Assembly (NCBI RefSeq): GCF_009914755.1
Contig: NC_060947.1
DNA from: the human T2T-CHM13v2.0 reference genome, Homo sapiens
Direction: 5' to 3' (one strand)
DNA: 64,000 nucleotides
In this document: positions 12,509 through 27,975 of the stretch, piece after piece
Layout of the letters: each line of letters begins with the position of its first letter
Position numbering within the stretch: the stretch's first letter is position 1
Position numbers and translations under genes: made by a program
The notes under the pieces: generated by a model
Database searches by the model: none
What the model was told of the DNA's origin: nothing
Seen by the model: only the letters and a program-made list of their open reading frames with translations

Positions 12509-12887
12509 CCACATCTACGATTTCTGACAATACTCTGGGCACATGGAGCAATGGCCTCCACCATACGATTGGTCTCCCCTGATGTCCAATCTTCCAAAAC
12601 CCAACAGCCTGTCTAGAAGATGTCAGTCACTTAGACATCTTTAAAAATGTCTGAAAAGTAACACTTGTAGGAACTTTAATTAATATATTTTCTCTGCTTT
12701 GTGTGCAATGAAGTGAGCCAGCATTTTCAAAGGAAGAGATTCAGTTGGTTCACCAGGAAGTCTGAGTTTGCCTTATGAGAATGAGATCATTTCTCCGTGA
12801 TTTCTCTCCTGCTGCAAAGAACATGGGCATCTTTTACAAACAGATTGGCCTAAGGTCTTGCACATATTATCATACTCCCACCCTCAC

Positions 12888-13418
12888 GCAGCAAACCGGA
12901 GCGGCTCCATCTTGAGTGAGGGCTAGGAAAATGAGGCTGGAACTTGCTGGGCTGCATTCCCAGAAAGTTAGGTGTTCCTAGCCTCTAGATGTTTACAGTT
13001 AAGGGAACAGATGGATAATGTTTAGTAAACAGACCCGGAATTGGGAGTGTCCAATATCCCTATATCTTGAGAACAGAAGCACTCCTAATTTTGCTTTAAA
13101 GATAATAATATTGATTCTTGCAGAATGTAGTAATAAAGAAAATTAATCCTTTATCACAAACCCTTGTAGCAGAGCACTTTTCCCCATGATCTTTTTTTTA
13201 TTTTATGTATAAACAAGTTTTGTACCTACCGGTGGATGCGTTCCTCCTCTAGCTTTCGGGAACGCCCTGCTCTGTCTATGGAGTAGCTGTACTTTCACCA
13301 CTTTACTCTGTTAATAAACTTGCTTTTGCTTTGCACTGTGGACTCGCCCCGAATTCTTTCTTGTGTGACATTCAACAAGCCTCTCTTGGGGTCTGGATCG
13401 AGACTTCTTTCCTGTAAT
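12888..13418 (+). mobile_element. MER41-family ERV1 LTR (MER41D-like)
   Basis: ctccatcttgagtgagggctaggaaaatgaggctgg; aataaacttgc; ctctcttggggtctggatcg...tttcctgtaa. Confidence 0.75.
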
Positions 13419-13607
13419 GGAAGGATTTAGTGAACACTGGATTTCGTGAGTCCCGGGAAGGAGTACACACTAATCACCAGTCAATAATTAGGCAATGAAC
13501 ACGAGTGGTGATGTTTTCAATTTGTGAAAAATTAAGTCATGAATGGACTTTTAATTTGTGGAATATTGGAGATAACTGTGCTTTTCCCGTTAGGACTCAG
13601 AAGTGAA

Positions 13608-14068
13608 TTGTATTAATCAGGGTTCTCCAGAGAAAACAGCTATTTATAAAGAGAGAGATATATAAGAAGAGATTTATTACAGAATTTGGCTCATGCAGTT
13701 GTAGAGGCCAAGAAGTCTCAAAATTCGCCATCTGCAAGCTGAAGAAGCAGAAAAGCCAATAGTATGATTCAGCCCAAGTTCGAAGGCCTGAGAATGAAGC
13801 GTGCCAGTGTCCCTGGGCAAGAGAAAATGGGTGTCTCAGCTCAAGAAGTGTGAGCAGATTTATTCTTCTTCAGCTTTTCTATTCCACACGGGCCCTCAAT
13901 AGATTGGATGATGCCCATCTACATAAGTGAGGATGGATCTTCTTTCTTCATTCTCCTGATTTAAATGCTAATCTCTTCTGGAAGCGCAGACACACCCCAA
14001 AATACATTTCACAGCTGTCTGGGCATCTCTTAGCCCAGTCAAGTTAACACATAAAACTAACCACCATG
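13608..14068 (-). mobile_element. MLT2B-type ERVL solo LTR
   Basis: tgtattaatcagggttctccagagaaa...ccatctgcaagctg...gcccagtcaagttaacacataaaactaaccacca. Confidence 0.8.
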
Positions 14069-16059
14069 CAAATTGTCTCTGTTTTTTAGTTTAGATGCCC
14101 TCCAGCAGAAGTTTTACAAATACATTCACATCAACATCTTCTGGTCACTGGATCATGTACACATCATTCGAGTCTAATTGAGGCTTGCTGTTCATTTCTT
14201 ATATTTGCAAGCAGGGTGCAAATGTTGTTTGTGCTTTATGCTGCTTGGTTGTGTGCATTGGATTATACAAACAGACATTATGGGACACATATTCATTCTC
14301 AGCAACATAGATCCTGGATGTCAGGGCTGGCATCCCTCCAGAATTAGGTCTTACTCCTAGAACATGTCAGGAAACTAATTTACTAGATCTGAGAGGGTGG
14401 AGAGTCTACCGAAGGGAAACCAGCTTTGAAGCATTGGCACCATCAGCAATCTTTACCCAAGGTGCAGGAATTACCTGTTCATCTTCGTTGTCCTATAAAT
14501 TCTGTCTCACTCAGCATCTGAGGGGTATAGCCACTTCTTTAGTCTCTTTGACTTGAGAAAGCTATTTCTTAGTCAACAATAATACAGACTTGCTTCCTGA
14601 CGGGTTGTCAAAATCCTCCTTAACATGTTATCTATCCAAACATTGTCCTAGTTACCCTGACTCCTTGGAACACTGTTTTTGTCAGATCAATGATTAATCT
14701 TCGCAAGCTGCAGAGTGAAAATGAATGTGCAACCTGTGTAGACAAGCCTTTCATTTTCAACAGGATCATAAATACCTAAGAAGGTCTTTGTAGGGTAGCA
14801 ATTGCATACACCATAATGCACATGCAAGGATGGGCAAGGAACATGAAGACAAATTCAGGGAAAGAATTAAAGGCAAAACTCAAAACCCCCATCCCCACAT
14901 AACCCAGTGCAATCGCTACACAGCATCTTCAGCAAGCCCTAACCAGAACCCTGAATCTTTCCACGACGTTATCTTTTACATGATTTCCATGAATAACTAA
15001 ATTTAATTCCCCTCTCAGAGACGCACGTGATCACATTGACTGTCATCCTTTGAACACATCAATGAGTAATTCATTATTTCTGATTCGATTTGATTCTGGT
15101 AATTCCCTAAAATGTGTTGTGGCTTATAGTCACCACCAGCTAGTTTTGGAAGTAGTTCTTTCTATACAGCTGCCTACTTAAATTTACTGAATCAAACTAC
15201 ATTGCATTATCTGTGATTTTATTTTGTTTTTAAGATTCTTCTATTCTGCAAATGCTTTCCATACAGGTAAGAAAATCCATTAGCTAATTTCCTTACTACC
15301 CAGGGATTCGTTTCCAAGAGATTTCACATTTCAATGTTTGAACATTCTTCTTCAAATTATATTTCTTTTTTAATGGTTTTCATTTTCATAGAAATTGACA
15401 TTTCTTGCACCTTAATTGTGTTATCTCCCCGGATGGCATTCCAATCTTACACATACTTTGCGCGTTTTCTATTTCTTCCCATTAAAACATAATCATTAGG
15501 TAAGTTTACTATAAGAAAAAAAAAAACACTTTAATTCCCTTTTATATAAACTGGTGCTTTAACTTAATTTTTCCTAAATATGTTCCAACAAGCAGTGAGC
15601 AGTATGGCAAACATATTATATAATATGTCACTCTCATATCTTCTCTATCCCTATCACCACTACCAAAAAAATCCCAGCAACTTTATAAGGAAGCCATTTG
15701 ACATGTAAAGACAAATTGGGCAGCATTTGTTATAAACAGATATGGGTTTGATGGCAAGGCATTGGTAGGGCCCTGGATTCTTGCCCAATGTATGCTTTTC
15801 TTTTTCAAGTTAATGAGAGGCTTTCTCTTCCACTTGCATTGAGGTCCTGTATGATGGAACCTGAACATACCATGCTCATTCTTGTCTGAGAAATGACTCA
15901 GGTCATTTCTCTCTAAATTTCAACTATTATGTAAGGTCTCCACCAAGCCCAACCACCTCCAGTAATACTCAATGTGCTGTTCTCTCTCCTTCTAAAACCT
16001 CATAGCATTGACTCTATAGGTCACTTGTGGACTCATTTATAGTCAACTCAGTGCCATTT

Positions 16060-16260
16060 CACTCTTCATTCACTTCTTCAATAACTATGAATCATCCACT
16101 AGGTGCCCAACAGAATGCCTGGCACCAGGAACACAGAAGTGGGATAGACATACTCAGTCCTGGGTCTTGGATTTACAAACCGTGAAGCAGAATCAGACCT
16201 TAGCAAAGAAACCCACAGGGTATCTGTTTTTTTAGTATCATGAGTCCCACATGAAGAATA
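16060..16260. mobile_element. L2 fragment
   Basis: ttcattcacttcttcaataactatgaatcatccactaggtgccca resembles the L2 3' end. Confidence 0.5.
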
Positions 16261-17979
16261 GTAGTATCTCAGTTCAAGAGACCTGTCTTACACAGATTAC
16301 AGCCCTCTGAGTGAAATTTTCAGCAGTTTCTCAAAAAAATAAAAATAAAACAAGAAGAAAAGAAGAAAAAGAAACCCTCTGAATGAATGTTGTCTGTTAT
16401 TTTGTATGGAATCCCTCTTCTCTGCAATAGCATCCACTCTTTCGGGGCATTGTGTTGGTAACACGTCTTAGCTCAGATGTCAGGTATTGCAAACATTCTA
16501 TGCTACCTTGAGTCTTTGTATTTTCAAACTTTCAAAAGTTTAGGAGTGCACATTTCACTCTTCTGAGCATCAGATTAAACTATCCAATCTGCTTGAAAAT
16601 TTGGGCATCTCTTTTTCACCCATCCATATGAACTTTCCTGCCTCTTTTTGCTTATAGCTGGCATTGAATTACATCCATCATACCCCTGGTATTTGTTCCA
16701 CAGTACCTTATAAAATATTCCATCACCACATTCTACATCTTTAAAAGTCAATGGAAACTTTTTCTATTTCTTTCAAAACCCATGTTTATTTGTTTGTTTG
16801 TTTTTTCAATATTTTCCTCTTTACTGCTCTGGGAGGCATTTCCAGAGATCCTTCGATCCTTCATGTTCAGTCTTGAACTTCTCTCTCTCCTCTCTCTGTC
16901 ACTCTCTGTCTCTCCCCCCACCCCCCGACCTTTGTCTCTGTCTCCGGTTGATTTATTAATACATTGGAAGATTTGAACAATGGCTCACCAGCATGTCACT
17001 GGTTAAATTTCCCATGGTTCATGAAGTCTGTGATTTCATCTCAGTAGACAGAGCTCCGAAATGATTTGAGGGCCACTCAAAAATCCATTAAAAATTAACC
17101 AAGGAATAGTCAGAATCTTGAATAGCCTAAAAAAAACCCCACAATATCAATTATGACAAGAGAACATAAAATTCCTTGCTTCTATTACCCTCAAAACATG
17201 TACCCTTTAGACCTTGGGCTAGCTGCTAAGTAGAAGCTGAAACATCTGTGTCTCTGCTATTGGTAGCTGTGTGCATTGGTACAGATCACCTAGCAAAATG
17301 CATTGCATGCCAATCTCTATTTAGGCAGACACCCAGCGAAGAGGGTCGTTGCTATGCCATTGCTGAAGACAATTTTCACATTTCTCTGTCTCTTGTCATA
17401 TTGTGTTTTGCTTTTGTGCTTTCTGTGCTGTAGAATATTATTTTTAAAAAATTCGGTGGCATTACTGCTGAATCCAATCCAATTGATACAATCCTTAATG
17501 CAACTGTAGGTAATTATCTTTCCCTGGCACATTTTTCACAATTTCCTGATGTTTTATAGCACAATTACTTGGGACCAAAATTTGGAACATAATTTCTTAT
17601 CTGTTGAGGATGAGACACTGTGGTCATTAATTACTTTCTTTTAAATACTAATTGACTTTTATACTTGAACTTATTATATACATATGGGTAAATTGTTTGC
17701 TTTTATTTTAAGCTTTGAACTCAAGGATTATCTTTGTAGTCACTGCCAAAAGCTTAGAAAAATATACATTCATGACTGCTAAAGCAGACCCATATAATTT
17801 CTGACATTTTGGCTGTAATTTTGTTCCCAAAGCCTCTGCTTAGTAAAGAAAAATACTAATTAATATATAACCTCAAATTTTATGTTCTTCTATTTCATAA
17901 CAAAAGATTTCCACTGATAATTGTTCAAAGTGTCGGGGGGAGAAGACAATGGAAATGATAGAGAAAGTCTCTCTCTTAG

Positions 17980-19625
<1,646 letters not shown>

Positions 19626-19655
19626 GGGTAGAAGTTTTGTTTATTTAAGATACCT

Positions 19656-20155
19656 AGGTAGGCAGATAGATAGGTAGGTAGATAGACAGATAGATAGATA
19701 GATAAGTAGATAGATATAGATAGATAGAGAAGATAGATCATAGAGATAGATAGATTATAGAGAAAAAAGACGATTGATAGATAGATGATAGATATATATC
19801 AGCAAATAGAGACAGAAGATATATAGACAGATGATAGATGATAGATAGAGAAGATAGAACATAGATAGAAAGAGATAGATAAATAGATCATAGAGATAGA
19901 GTAGATAGATCATAGAGATAGGTAGAGAAAAAAGGTAGATGATTGATAGATACAAGATAGATATATATCAGCAAATAGAGACAGAAGATATATAGACAGA
20001 TGATAGATAGATCATAGAGAAAGACGATAGATGATAGATATATACAGATGTAGATAGGTAGATAGAGAAGGAAGACAGATGACAGATAATAGACAGATAA
20101 TGACATACAAACATACATAGATGGATAGAATGATGGATATGATATGTAGATGGAG
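19656..20155. repeat. Complex (TAGA/GATA)n repeat with an internal 169-bp-offset duplication
   Basis: GATA-rich tract; unique core cagcaaatagagacagaag at 19800 and 19969. Confidence 0.9.
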
Positions 20156-20409
20156 AAGGAAATAAAAATATTTCACCTCAAAATACACTCAGAGGAATTT
20201 GTACAAAAATGTTTACACTGACTTTATAAGTATAATAATCCTAAATTGCAAACAGTCCAGGTATCCATCAATTGGAGAATGATCAAATAAAATGTGTGTC
20301 AATCCTAGACCAGAATATTATGCAAAAAATAAAAATCAAAAACTACTGGTATGCATAACAATATGAGTTAATCTCAATCATCTTATGCTCAGACAAAGAG
20401 CCTTACACA

Positions 20410-20592
20410 TAGGATGGCCAGATTTAGTAAATAAAAATTCAGAGCACCTGAGTAATTTGGATTTTAGACAGGTAATACATACATTTCAACATATGTTCTA
20501 AATATTTCCTGGATCAGACTTATACTAAAAATATGCATTGATTATCTGAAATCCACATTTAACTACACATAGTGTATTTTATCTGACACTCC
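20410..20592. mobile_element. MER53 palindromic hAT MITE
   Basis: taggatggccagatttagtaaataaaaat...acttatactaaaa...ttatctgaaatccacatttaact...tgtattttatctgacactcct. Confidence 0.75.
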
Positions 20593-20982
20593 TTCAAATA
20601 AAGTGTATAACTCCACTTATGTGCTAACTCATGGTGGAAAATAGTTAAACAATATTCACATAACAGGTGGGGCACAATGATTGACTAAGAGACGGCATGA
20701 CGGACCTTTCTAGGGTGCTTTTCATGGTCTACATCTCCATAGGGACCTGAGTTACACACATGTGAGCATTTGTTTAGCAGATGTAGACTTGAGATTTCTG
20801 CATTACATTGTACGTAAATTTACACACAAAAAAACCTGTAAACAAATGTAAAATTCTAGTTAAATATAAGCTTGGTGGAAATTTTGGGGGGAGATTTACA
20901 GGTACTTGCAATTTATCTTAAAATATGTTAATGATGGTCAATAGATAAAGTTGTGGAGGATTGACACAAGAATATATTTGTT

Positions 20983-21265
20983 GGCCAGATGTGGTGGCAC
21001 ATGCCTTTAATTCCAGCACTTTGGGAGGCCAAAGTGGAAAGATTGCTTGTTTCCAGGAGTTCAAGAACAGCCTGGGCAACATGGTGAGACCCTGTATCTA
21101 CAAAAAACAAAAAATTGACTGGGCATGATGGCACACATTTGTAGTCCCAGCTACTTGGGAGGCTGGGATGGGAAGCGTGCTTGAGCCAGGGAGGTTGAGT
21201 CTAGGTAACAGAGAGAGACTCTGTCTCAAAAAAAAAAAAAAAGAAGAAGGAAAAGAAAAGAAAAA
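20983..21265 (+). mobile_element. AluJ with right-arm deletion
   Basis: ggccagatgtggtggcac...; gaggttgagtctaggtaacagag skips part of the right arm. Confidence 0.85.
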
Positions 21266-21289
21266 TAATATATATGTGAAAAAGTATAA

Positions 21290-21744
21290 TGTGTTAGGCA
21301 GAATAATGGTCCCTTAAAGATGCCCAAGTCTGAATCCACAGACCTGCGAATCTGCAAAGAGTAACCAAGGTTATGAAAGAAATGGAAATTGCTAGTCATC
21401 TGACCTTGAGATGAAAAGATTATCTTGGATTATCCAATGTAATCACATGGTCACTAAAGTAGAAGAGGGAGACGGGAGAGGAATTGAGGGTGGGACTCTA
21501 TCAACTTTTCTGCTTTGTGGGCTTTAAAGTGGAGGAAGGAGCAGTAAGTCAAGGAATGCGGGATACTTGTAGAAGCTAGAAAAGCAAGGAAATAGATTCT
21601 TCCTTGAGTCTCCAAAAAGGAACACACAGCCCTGCTAGAGCTGTATCAGAATTCAGACTTCCAGGACTGTAAGTTAATAAATGTGTGTTGTTTAGCCCCA
21701 AAGTTTGTGGTAACCCAAGACAGCAGCAATGAGAAACTAACACA
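21290..21744 (+). mobile_element. MLT1D-like MaLR LTR
   Basis: tgtgttaggcagaataatggtccc...gaccttgagatgaaaagattatcttggattatcc...gcagcaatgagaaactaacaca. Confidence 0.8.
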
Positions 21745-22253
21745 TTTAGTGAAACGCTAACAGTAGAATTCAGGAGACAGGCACATAGCTGTTTAGTGGA
21801 CAATTTTTTCAACTTTTCTGGATATTTGAAAATTTTTATAATAAAATGTTGAGAAAAACATTTGAGTGGGAGTGGGACTCAAGTCATCAAATAAATAATG
21901 GAGAGAATGTCATGCTGTGGTACGTAGGTGGCCAGTGTTGTGCACAGAGGTCTCCTACTGCATTGGATGAATGAGAAGAGTCAGCAGGCTGATTTCAAGC
22001 CTATGTGAAGTCAGCAAATTCAGAGAAAGGTATACGTGGGTCTAAGACCTTTTGGTGACATAGAACAAAATAACAAGGAGGGGGAAAATAATGTGTACGT
22101 TCTTAAGACCAATAGAGTGAGGTTGGCCAAGCACATGGTTGGAGTTACAGCAAGGGAACAGAGGATCCCACTGAAGCTGAAACGTATGTACCCCCCACCC
22201 AAGTTCCCAGGCAGCAGAATGCCCTCACCATCCATGCTAATTTTATTTTATAA

Positions 22254-22781
22254 TGAGACAGGGTTCAGGACACACTTCCCCCAAATATGGAAACTTGGCA
22301 CTTGGGAAAACAGCAGAAGCCGGCCATAGATACTAGAAAAAACTTCACCCACCCCTCCTCAAAAGTTGCCTGAAGTGGGCCATAAAACCTAGTTGACCTT
22401 CCTCTGAAAAGAGGTCATGACTCATTCCAAAGGGGTCCTCCCTATACCCAGAGTAAAGAAATGTCCTGTCTGAAGACACAGGGAGGACAAGATGAATGTC
22501 AACAAACAGGCTTTCCTACATTTCCTCCTGGTTTACTCCTATTAGATCCCACCGCCTTTGTCCAATTATACTTCTATACAACTGTTGCTGCTTACCAAAC
22601 CTAAGCATTAAAATGGACAGTTTTTCCTGTTTCTTTGGGGCTTTGTTTCTGAAGGTTCCCATGTCATGTAAAACTTACATTAAACAGATCTGTCTGATTT
22701 TTTCTTGCTAATCTGATTTTTGTTATAAGTGCCTCAGCCATGAACCTTGCAATGGGTGAAAAGTCTTTTCTCTCTTATACA
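22254..22781 (+). mobile_element. MER39/MER39B ERV1 LTR
   Basis: gggttcaggacacacttccccaaatatgg...ggttcccatgtcatgtaaaacttacattaaa...cctcagccatgaaccttgcaatggg. Confidence 0.75.
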
Positions 22782-22892
22782 CACGGATGTGAAAATAGGA
22801 CTTAGAATTACACGTGGTTAACTTAGCATTGCCAGTGGTAACAGCCTGGGGAGAAAGTTGAGGGGCATAGGCCCATTTGACAGGAATGTAAC

Positions 22893-23413
22893 TGTCTCAG
22901 TCTGTTCGTGCAGCTATAGCACTCACTCTGGACTGGGTAATTTATAAAGAGTAGAAATTTATTGCTCACAATTTTGGAGGCTGGAAGACCAAGATTAAGC
23001 AGCCGGCAGACTTGGTGTCTGGTGAGGGCTGCTCTCTGCTCCCTAAATGGTGCCCTGTAGCTGTGTCCTCCAGAGGAGACAGACTATTAGGTTGGTGCAA
23101 AATTAATTGCGGTTTCTGTCATTGAAAGTAGTGACAAAAATCGCAATTGCTTTTGCACCAACCTAATATGTCCTCACATCGCAGATGGGACAGGATGGGA
23201 GAAAAGGGATAAGCTTGCTCTCTCAAGCCTCATAATAAGGGTTCTAATCCCCGCCATGAGGATGGAGCTCACATGACCTAATCACCTCCTAAAGGCCCCC
23301 ATCTCTTAATACTATTGCTTAATAGTGTCACTAATTGGGAATTAACTGAACGTTAATTGGGAATTAAGTTCCAACATTAATCTTGGAAAGACACAAAAAT
23401 TCGAACCATAGCA
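22893..23413 (-). mobile_element. MST-type (MSTC/D-like) MaLR LTR containing a MADE1
   Basis: tgtctcagtctgtt...actgggtaatttataaag...ggtgtctggtgagggctg...aaccatagca. Confidence 0.8.
23087..23166. mobile_element. MADE1 (Hsmar1-derived 80-bp MITE)
   Basis: ttaggttggtgcaaaa...ttttgcaccaacctaa, 80 bp, TA target duplication on both sides. Confidence 0.95.
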
Positions 23414-24048
23414 GGAGTCATGATGGAATGCATTTAAAGTACACATAAAAGGATTAAAGAGTCTCAATGACATGATGCTTCTTTCAATCAACCCTGGTCA
23501 AGCAAAGCTGAGCAATACAGAATGTAGTTTCATGTCCTTGTCACTTTGCCTGCATCCCTGCTTGGAAGGACCACCATCTACAGTAGAGGCAGCTTGCTGC
23601 TTGGATGCCCACTCCCAAAGCTCTTAACCCCAGCCATGGCTAATGCCTGTTCAGACTGAGGCAAGAAAAGACGGTAAAGATTGCTATGAGGAATACAAAA
23701 CAAGTTGATAGGAAAGGATAGGCTGGGGGCAGTCTTAAACCCTGGAAACCTCAGAAGTATTTAAGAAAAGACTTGAAATTGGCTGGACGTTAAATATATC
23801 ATTTGATGTAATGGGACCCCACTGTGTATGTACTTCCTCTCCTTCTCCTGATTTCCTACTACCTATTATCCTCCTTACTCCCATCTCTCTCCCTCCACCA
23901 GTGAACTTGGGGCTATCAATGGAAAAGACTATGGAATACTGGAGTTATTAGCTACAACCAGCAAAAACCTAGCTGTTAGAGGAAATGTTTCTTTCTCTAC
24001 AGAAGCTGGCTTAAAAAGCATATGTATATTCATATAGGATTCATAATA

Positions 24049-25140
24049 CAGTCATGTGTTGCTTAACGATGGGGACACACTCTGAGAAAGGCGTCATTAG
24101 GATGCAAACCTGGATGTGATAACCTACAACACACCGAGGTTGTGTGCGATTAGTCTATTTCTCCTAGGCTACAAGCCTCTACAATACGTTACTGTACTGA
24201 ACACTGCAGGCAATTGTAACACAATAGTATTTATGTATCTAAACATATCTAAACATAGAAAAGGTACAGTAAACATATGGTAAGAAAGATAAAAACGGTT
24301 CCCCTATATAGGGCATTTGCCATGAATGGAGCTCGCAGGACTGGAAGTTATTCTGGGTGAGTCAGTGAGTAATGAGTCAATGTGAAGGCCTAGGACACTA
24401 CTGTGAACTACTACAGACTTTATAAACACTGTACACTCAGGTTACATTTAATTTACTTAAAAAACACTTTTCTTTCTTTAATTTTTTTTTTTTTTTTGGA
24501 GATGGAGTCTCACTCTGACGCCCAGGCCGGAGTGCAGTGGTGCAATCTCGGGTCACTGCAACCTCTGCCTCCCGGGCTCAAGCCTCAGCCTCCCGAGTAG
24601 CTGGAATTACAGGCACCCACCATCATATCCACCTAATTTTTGTGTTTTTAGTAGAGACGGAGTTTCGCCATGTTGGTCAGGCTGGTCTCAAACTGCTGAC
24701 CTCAGGTGATCTGCCACCTTGGCCTCCCAAAGTGCTGGGATTACAGGTGTGAGCCACCACACCCGACCTCTTTCTTTAATAATAAAATAACCTTACTTTT
24801 CTGCAATTTTTTTACTTTATAAACTTTTTAGGTTTTTTTTTTTTTTTAGCTTTTGACTGTTTTATAAAAACATAGCTTGAAACACAATCACATCATTCAC
24901 ATGTGTGAAAATCTTTTTTATATCTTTATTCTATAAGCTTTTTCCATCTTTAATTTTTTTTTACTTTTTAAACTTTAAAAAAAAACCCTAAAACACAAAC
25001 ACATAACTTTGTCTAGGCCTACAAAGGGTTGGGATTGTCACTAGGCGACAGGAATTTTTCGGCTCTATTATAATCTTAGGGGATCTGCATCGTATATGTG
25101 GTCTGTCACTGACAGAATGTCGTGACGTGGCTCATGACTG
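24049..25140 (+). mobile_element. Tigger3/Golem-derived element
   Basis: TIRs cagtcatg...catgactg with TA TSD; ctcctaggctacaagcct; aaacatagaaaaggtacagtaaa. Confidence 0.85.
24482..24767 (-). mobile_element. AluSx-like inside Tigger3, small internal deletion
   Basis: poly-T then gagatggagtctcactctg...gacctcaggtgatc; TSD core tctttcttta. Confidence 0.9.
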
Positions 25141-25179
25141 TAATTGTATTTCATTTTGCTCTTTAGTTGGGATCCTTTG

Positions 25180-25700
25180 TAAAGTACTGTGAAGGATCTG
25201 AAATTTCATCCTAGTTTCAGGCTAACAAGTTAGCCTGCTAGAGCTTCATTGATGTTGGCAGAAGACACAAATCCTCTGGGTCAGAGACAAAAGACAGTTT
25301 CTACACACAGTAATAGCAGTAGGCAGAGTAGCCGTGTTTGTGCTGCTTTCCTTAACTGCAGTTCCTCCCACCCACCATCATGGGGGCTGTGTAAAGGGCT
25401 GGATGATGCCTGCCTACAGTGGATTGCATTACAGGAGATGAACCCTGTGCTTAGGGACCTGACCTGAATACTTATCATGACCAGTAAGCCTACATGGCCT
25501 CTTCTCTAGGGGGAGATATTCATTGAACTGGTAAATAAGGAAACCTACCATTTGGCTTAAAGGACGACACCATTTCTATCTTCCAAGGCTTTTACATAAA
25601 CACACATGCTTGAAAAGGATGTGCACAATACAGGCTGTCAGCACCTCTGGTTGCAATACAGGCAGAAACGCAAGAGATACAGGAAAAACTGCTTCCTTAT
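25180..25700 (-). mobile_element. ERVL-class LTR (LTR47/LTR53-like)
   Basis: gctaacaagttagcctgc...ggcagaagacac...gggtcagagacaaaagac; tctatcttccaaggct; gcagaaacgcaagaga. Confidence 0.65.
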
Positions 25701-27194
25701 ATCTACTCTATTGGACTCTTTGAATAAATGAGAAAATGACTTAGAGGTATAACCAACCAAGCCCATACCATGTCAAAAGCTGTGATATAATGATTCTCAG
25801 TCCTTCCAGAGAACGGGGTGAGAAACCCCTCATGGGTGACTCTTCTTCCTTGAAATTAGGCCTGTAGCTATGCACATCAGCAGATTTCACTGCGAGTTTA
25901 GAGCTTTCCAGAGCAATCCCAAAAGAAAATTGATCTCCGGACAACTAGCAGCTTTCCATTATGAATTGTCTTGGCCATGTGAATTGTGAACTTAACTCCG
26001 ACCATAACCTCCCTGAAAACAAGTGAAGCGCAGTGATTCAAAACCATTAGCAACCCCAAACCCATGTCTTATTCACTGCACTAGTGTCTGTTTTCTGGAC
26101 CATAAGAAGGCCCCAAGTGGACAGCCATGATTGACTATGCCTATCAAATGTGACACCTTGCATATCACTAGCGATGCATGAAGGATGGAAACTGATAATA
26201 GTTTGCTTTAATTGGGTTCTGTGCATGTGAGTACAAGTCTTTATGAGCAAGTGTTTGTCGGCAAGCCCCTTTATTATGACTGATTATTTGGGGCTGAAGT
26301 TATTGCTTAAAGGAAATCAAATTACGGCTGAGGAAGCATGCATAAAAGGAAAGATCAAAGTTTCCCGGCCAGTAAGGTAAAGCACAAACATCCTAAAGTG
26401 TTTCCTCCGTTGAATACTTCCACAAAACTATTATCTCAACATCCCTACTGATGGCATATATAATTTGGTAAAGAATTCACTTTGAAACAAATTATATTTT
26501 TTAGTTTATATCTGCTAGAATCACCGGATAGTCCAATTCTTTCTAGATTATATACTCATGTGTGTGTATATTTGTATATGTTTGTAATCTAAAATACAAT
26601 AAGAGAGAGAAAGAGAAAGAAAGAGAAAGAGTGAGAAACAGAGAGAGAAGGCTAAGAGAGAGACGTGTATGTTAATAAAAAACAGGACAAGAAGCCATAT
26701 CACTTGATCATTTTTTAACATTATTTACCTCATCTGAGTTTTAAGAACCAAATACAGCACTTATAAATGGATGAGATGGGGCCTGAAAATAAAAAGTATG
26801 TATCCAGATTGCCGGAAATGTTCATCATTGTAGTCTCTGTTGAGTACATGCCAGATGGTATAATTTCTGATGCGTCTGACAGAAACAATTTGAAGTCTAC
26901 TGGTTTAGAGAAATAATTTTCAACCTAAGTGAGGAATTAACAATAGAAGAGAAAAAAATAAATTGTTAAATTTAAAAAAGAACTATGTTGGAAAAAAAGA
27001 AACTGATAAATTAAGAGGCTGCTGTTAGGGTACCTGTGTAACTGTGATCACCGTAGAACATTGAATTGCTCATGTTGGCAGTGGTATCAAATTATGGAAG
27101 AAAATCATTAGGCCATATGGAATTGAAAATTTGAATGCAAATGATCTGTCTTTGTCTCTAGCACAAGAACTGAGAGCATCAGCTTTTAATCATT

Positions 27195-27755
27195 ATCATA
27201 GCTGCCTCTAAAATGCCCCCCAACAGTCCCTGACCCTTGCTATGCATGTCCTCATACAGTCCTCTCCTACATTGCATCAGGGTTGGTTTATTGGATCAAT
27301 AAAATATTATTATTTGCATAGTAATGGTGCATGACTCCCGCAGCTAGGTCATAAAAGAGATTATGGTTTCTGTCTTGCTCTCTCTCTTGGGTCATTCATC
27401 CTGAAGAAAGATGGCAGCCATCTTGTAAGGACACTTAAGCAGCTCTATGGAGAAGGCTGCATGGTGAGGAACTGAGGTCTTCTTCCAATAGACAGTGAAA
27501 AACTGAGATCTCCAGCTAACAGCTACATAAGTGATCCATCTTACAAGTGGTTCCTCCTGCCCTGGTCAAGCCTTCAAATGACATCAGCTCCAGATGACAT
27601 CTTCACTGCAATCTCATGAGATGCCTGAGCCAGAAATACCAAGCTCAGCCACTCCAGGATTGCTGAGTCACAGAAAATGTGAGAAAAGAAATGTGTGTTG
27701 TTGTAAGCCATTACATTTTGAGTTGCTGTGTTCCACAGCATTAGATAACTAATAT
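27195..27755 (+). mobile_element. MLT1F-like MaLR LTR
   Basis: ctaggtcataaaaga; ggtgaggaactgagg; gtcaagccttcaaatgac; cagcattagataactaatata. Confidence 0.8.
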
Positions 27756-27975
27756 AATCCCCAATGCCATCTTTCACATTGGGAACAAGATGAAATTATG
27801 ATGATGATAGCTGAGGTGAAAAATTTCAACATGGTTTAACATTGATATCAATGAAATTGGTATCAATAATGTTGACCTGACTACTTTAATAACTAAACTA
27901 CTTTAATGATTATGTATAGGAAACCCAACAGTTGGCACAATCCCATTCTTCCAAAATATTATAGCCAATGTGTTA

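Larger units (their letters stand above)
20180..21860 (+). mobile_element. Old L1MC/L1ME 3' fragments interrupted by MER53, AluJ and MLT1D
   Basis: aaacagtccaggtatccatcaattggagaatg; gatttctgcattacattgtacgtaaatttacac; tttcaacttttctggatatttgaaaatttttataataaaatgtt. Confidence 0.65.

Noticed and set aside
20410-20592. MER53 as a miR-1302 precursor
   Set aside because: Arms are too diverged and the region matching the mature sequence (ctggatcagacttatactaaa) departs from the family seed
23332-23367. 14-bp direct repeat taattgggaattaa in the MST LTR
   Set aside because: Ordinary small local duplication with no further structure
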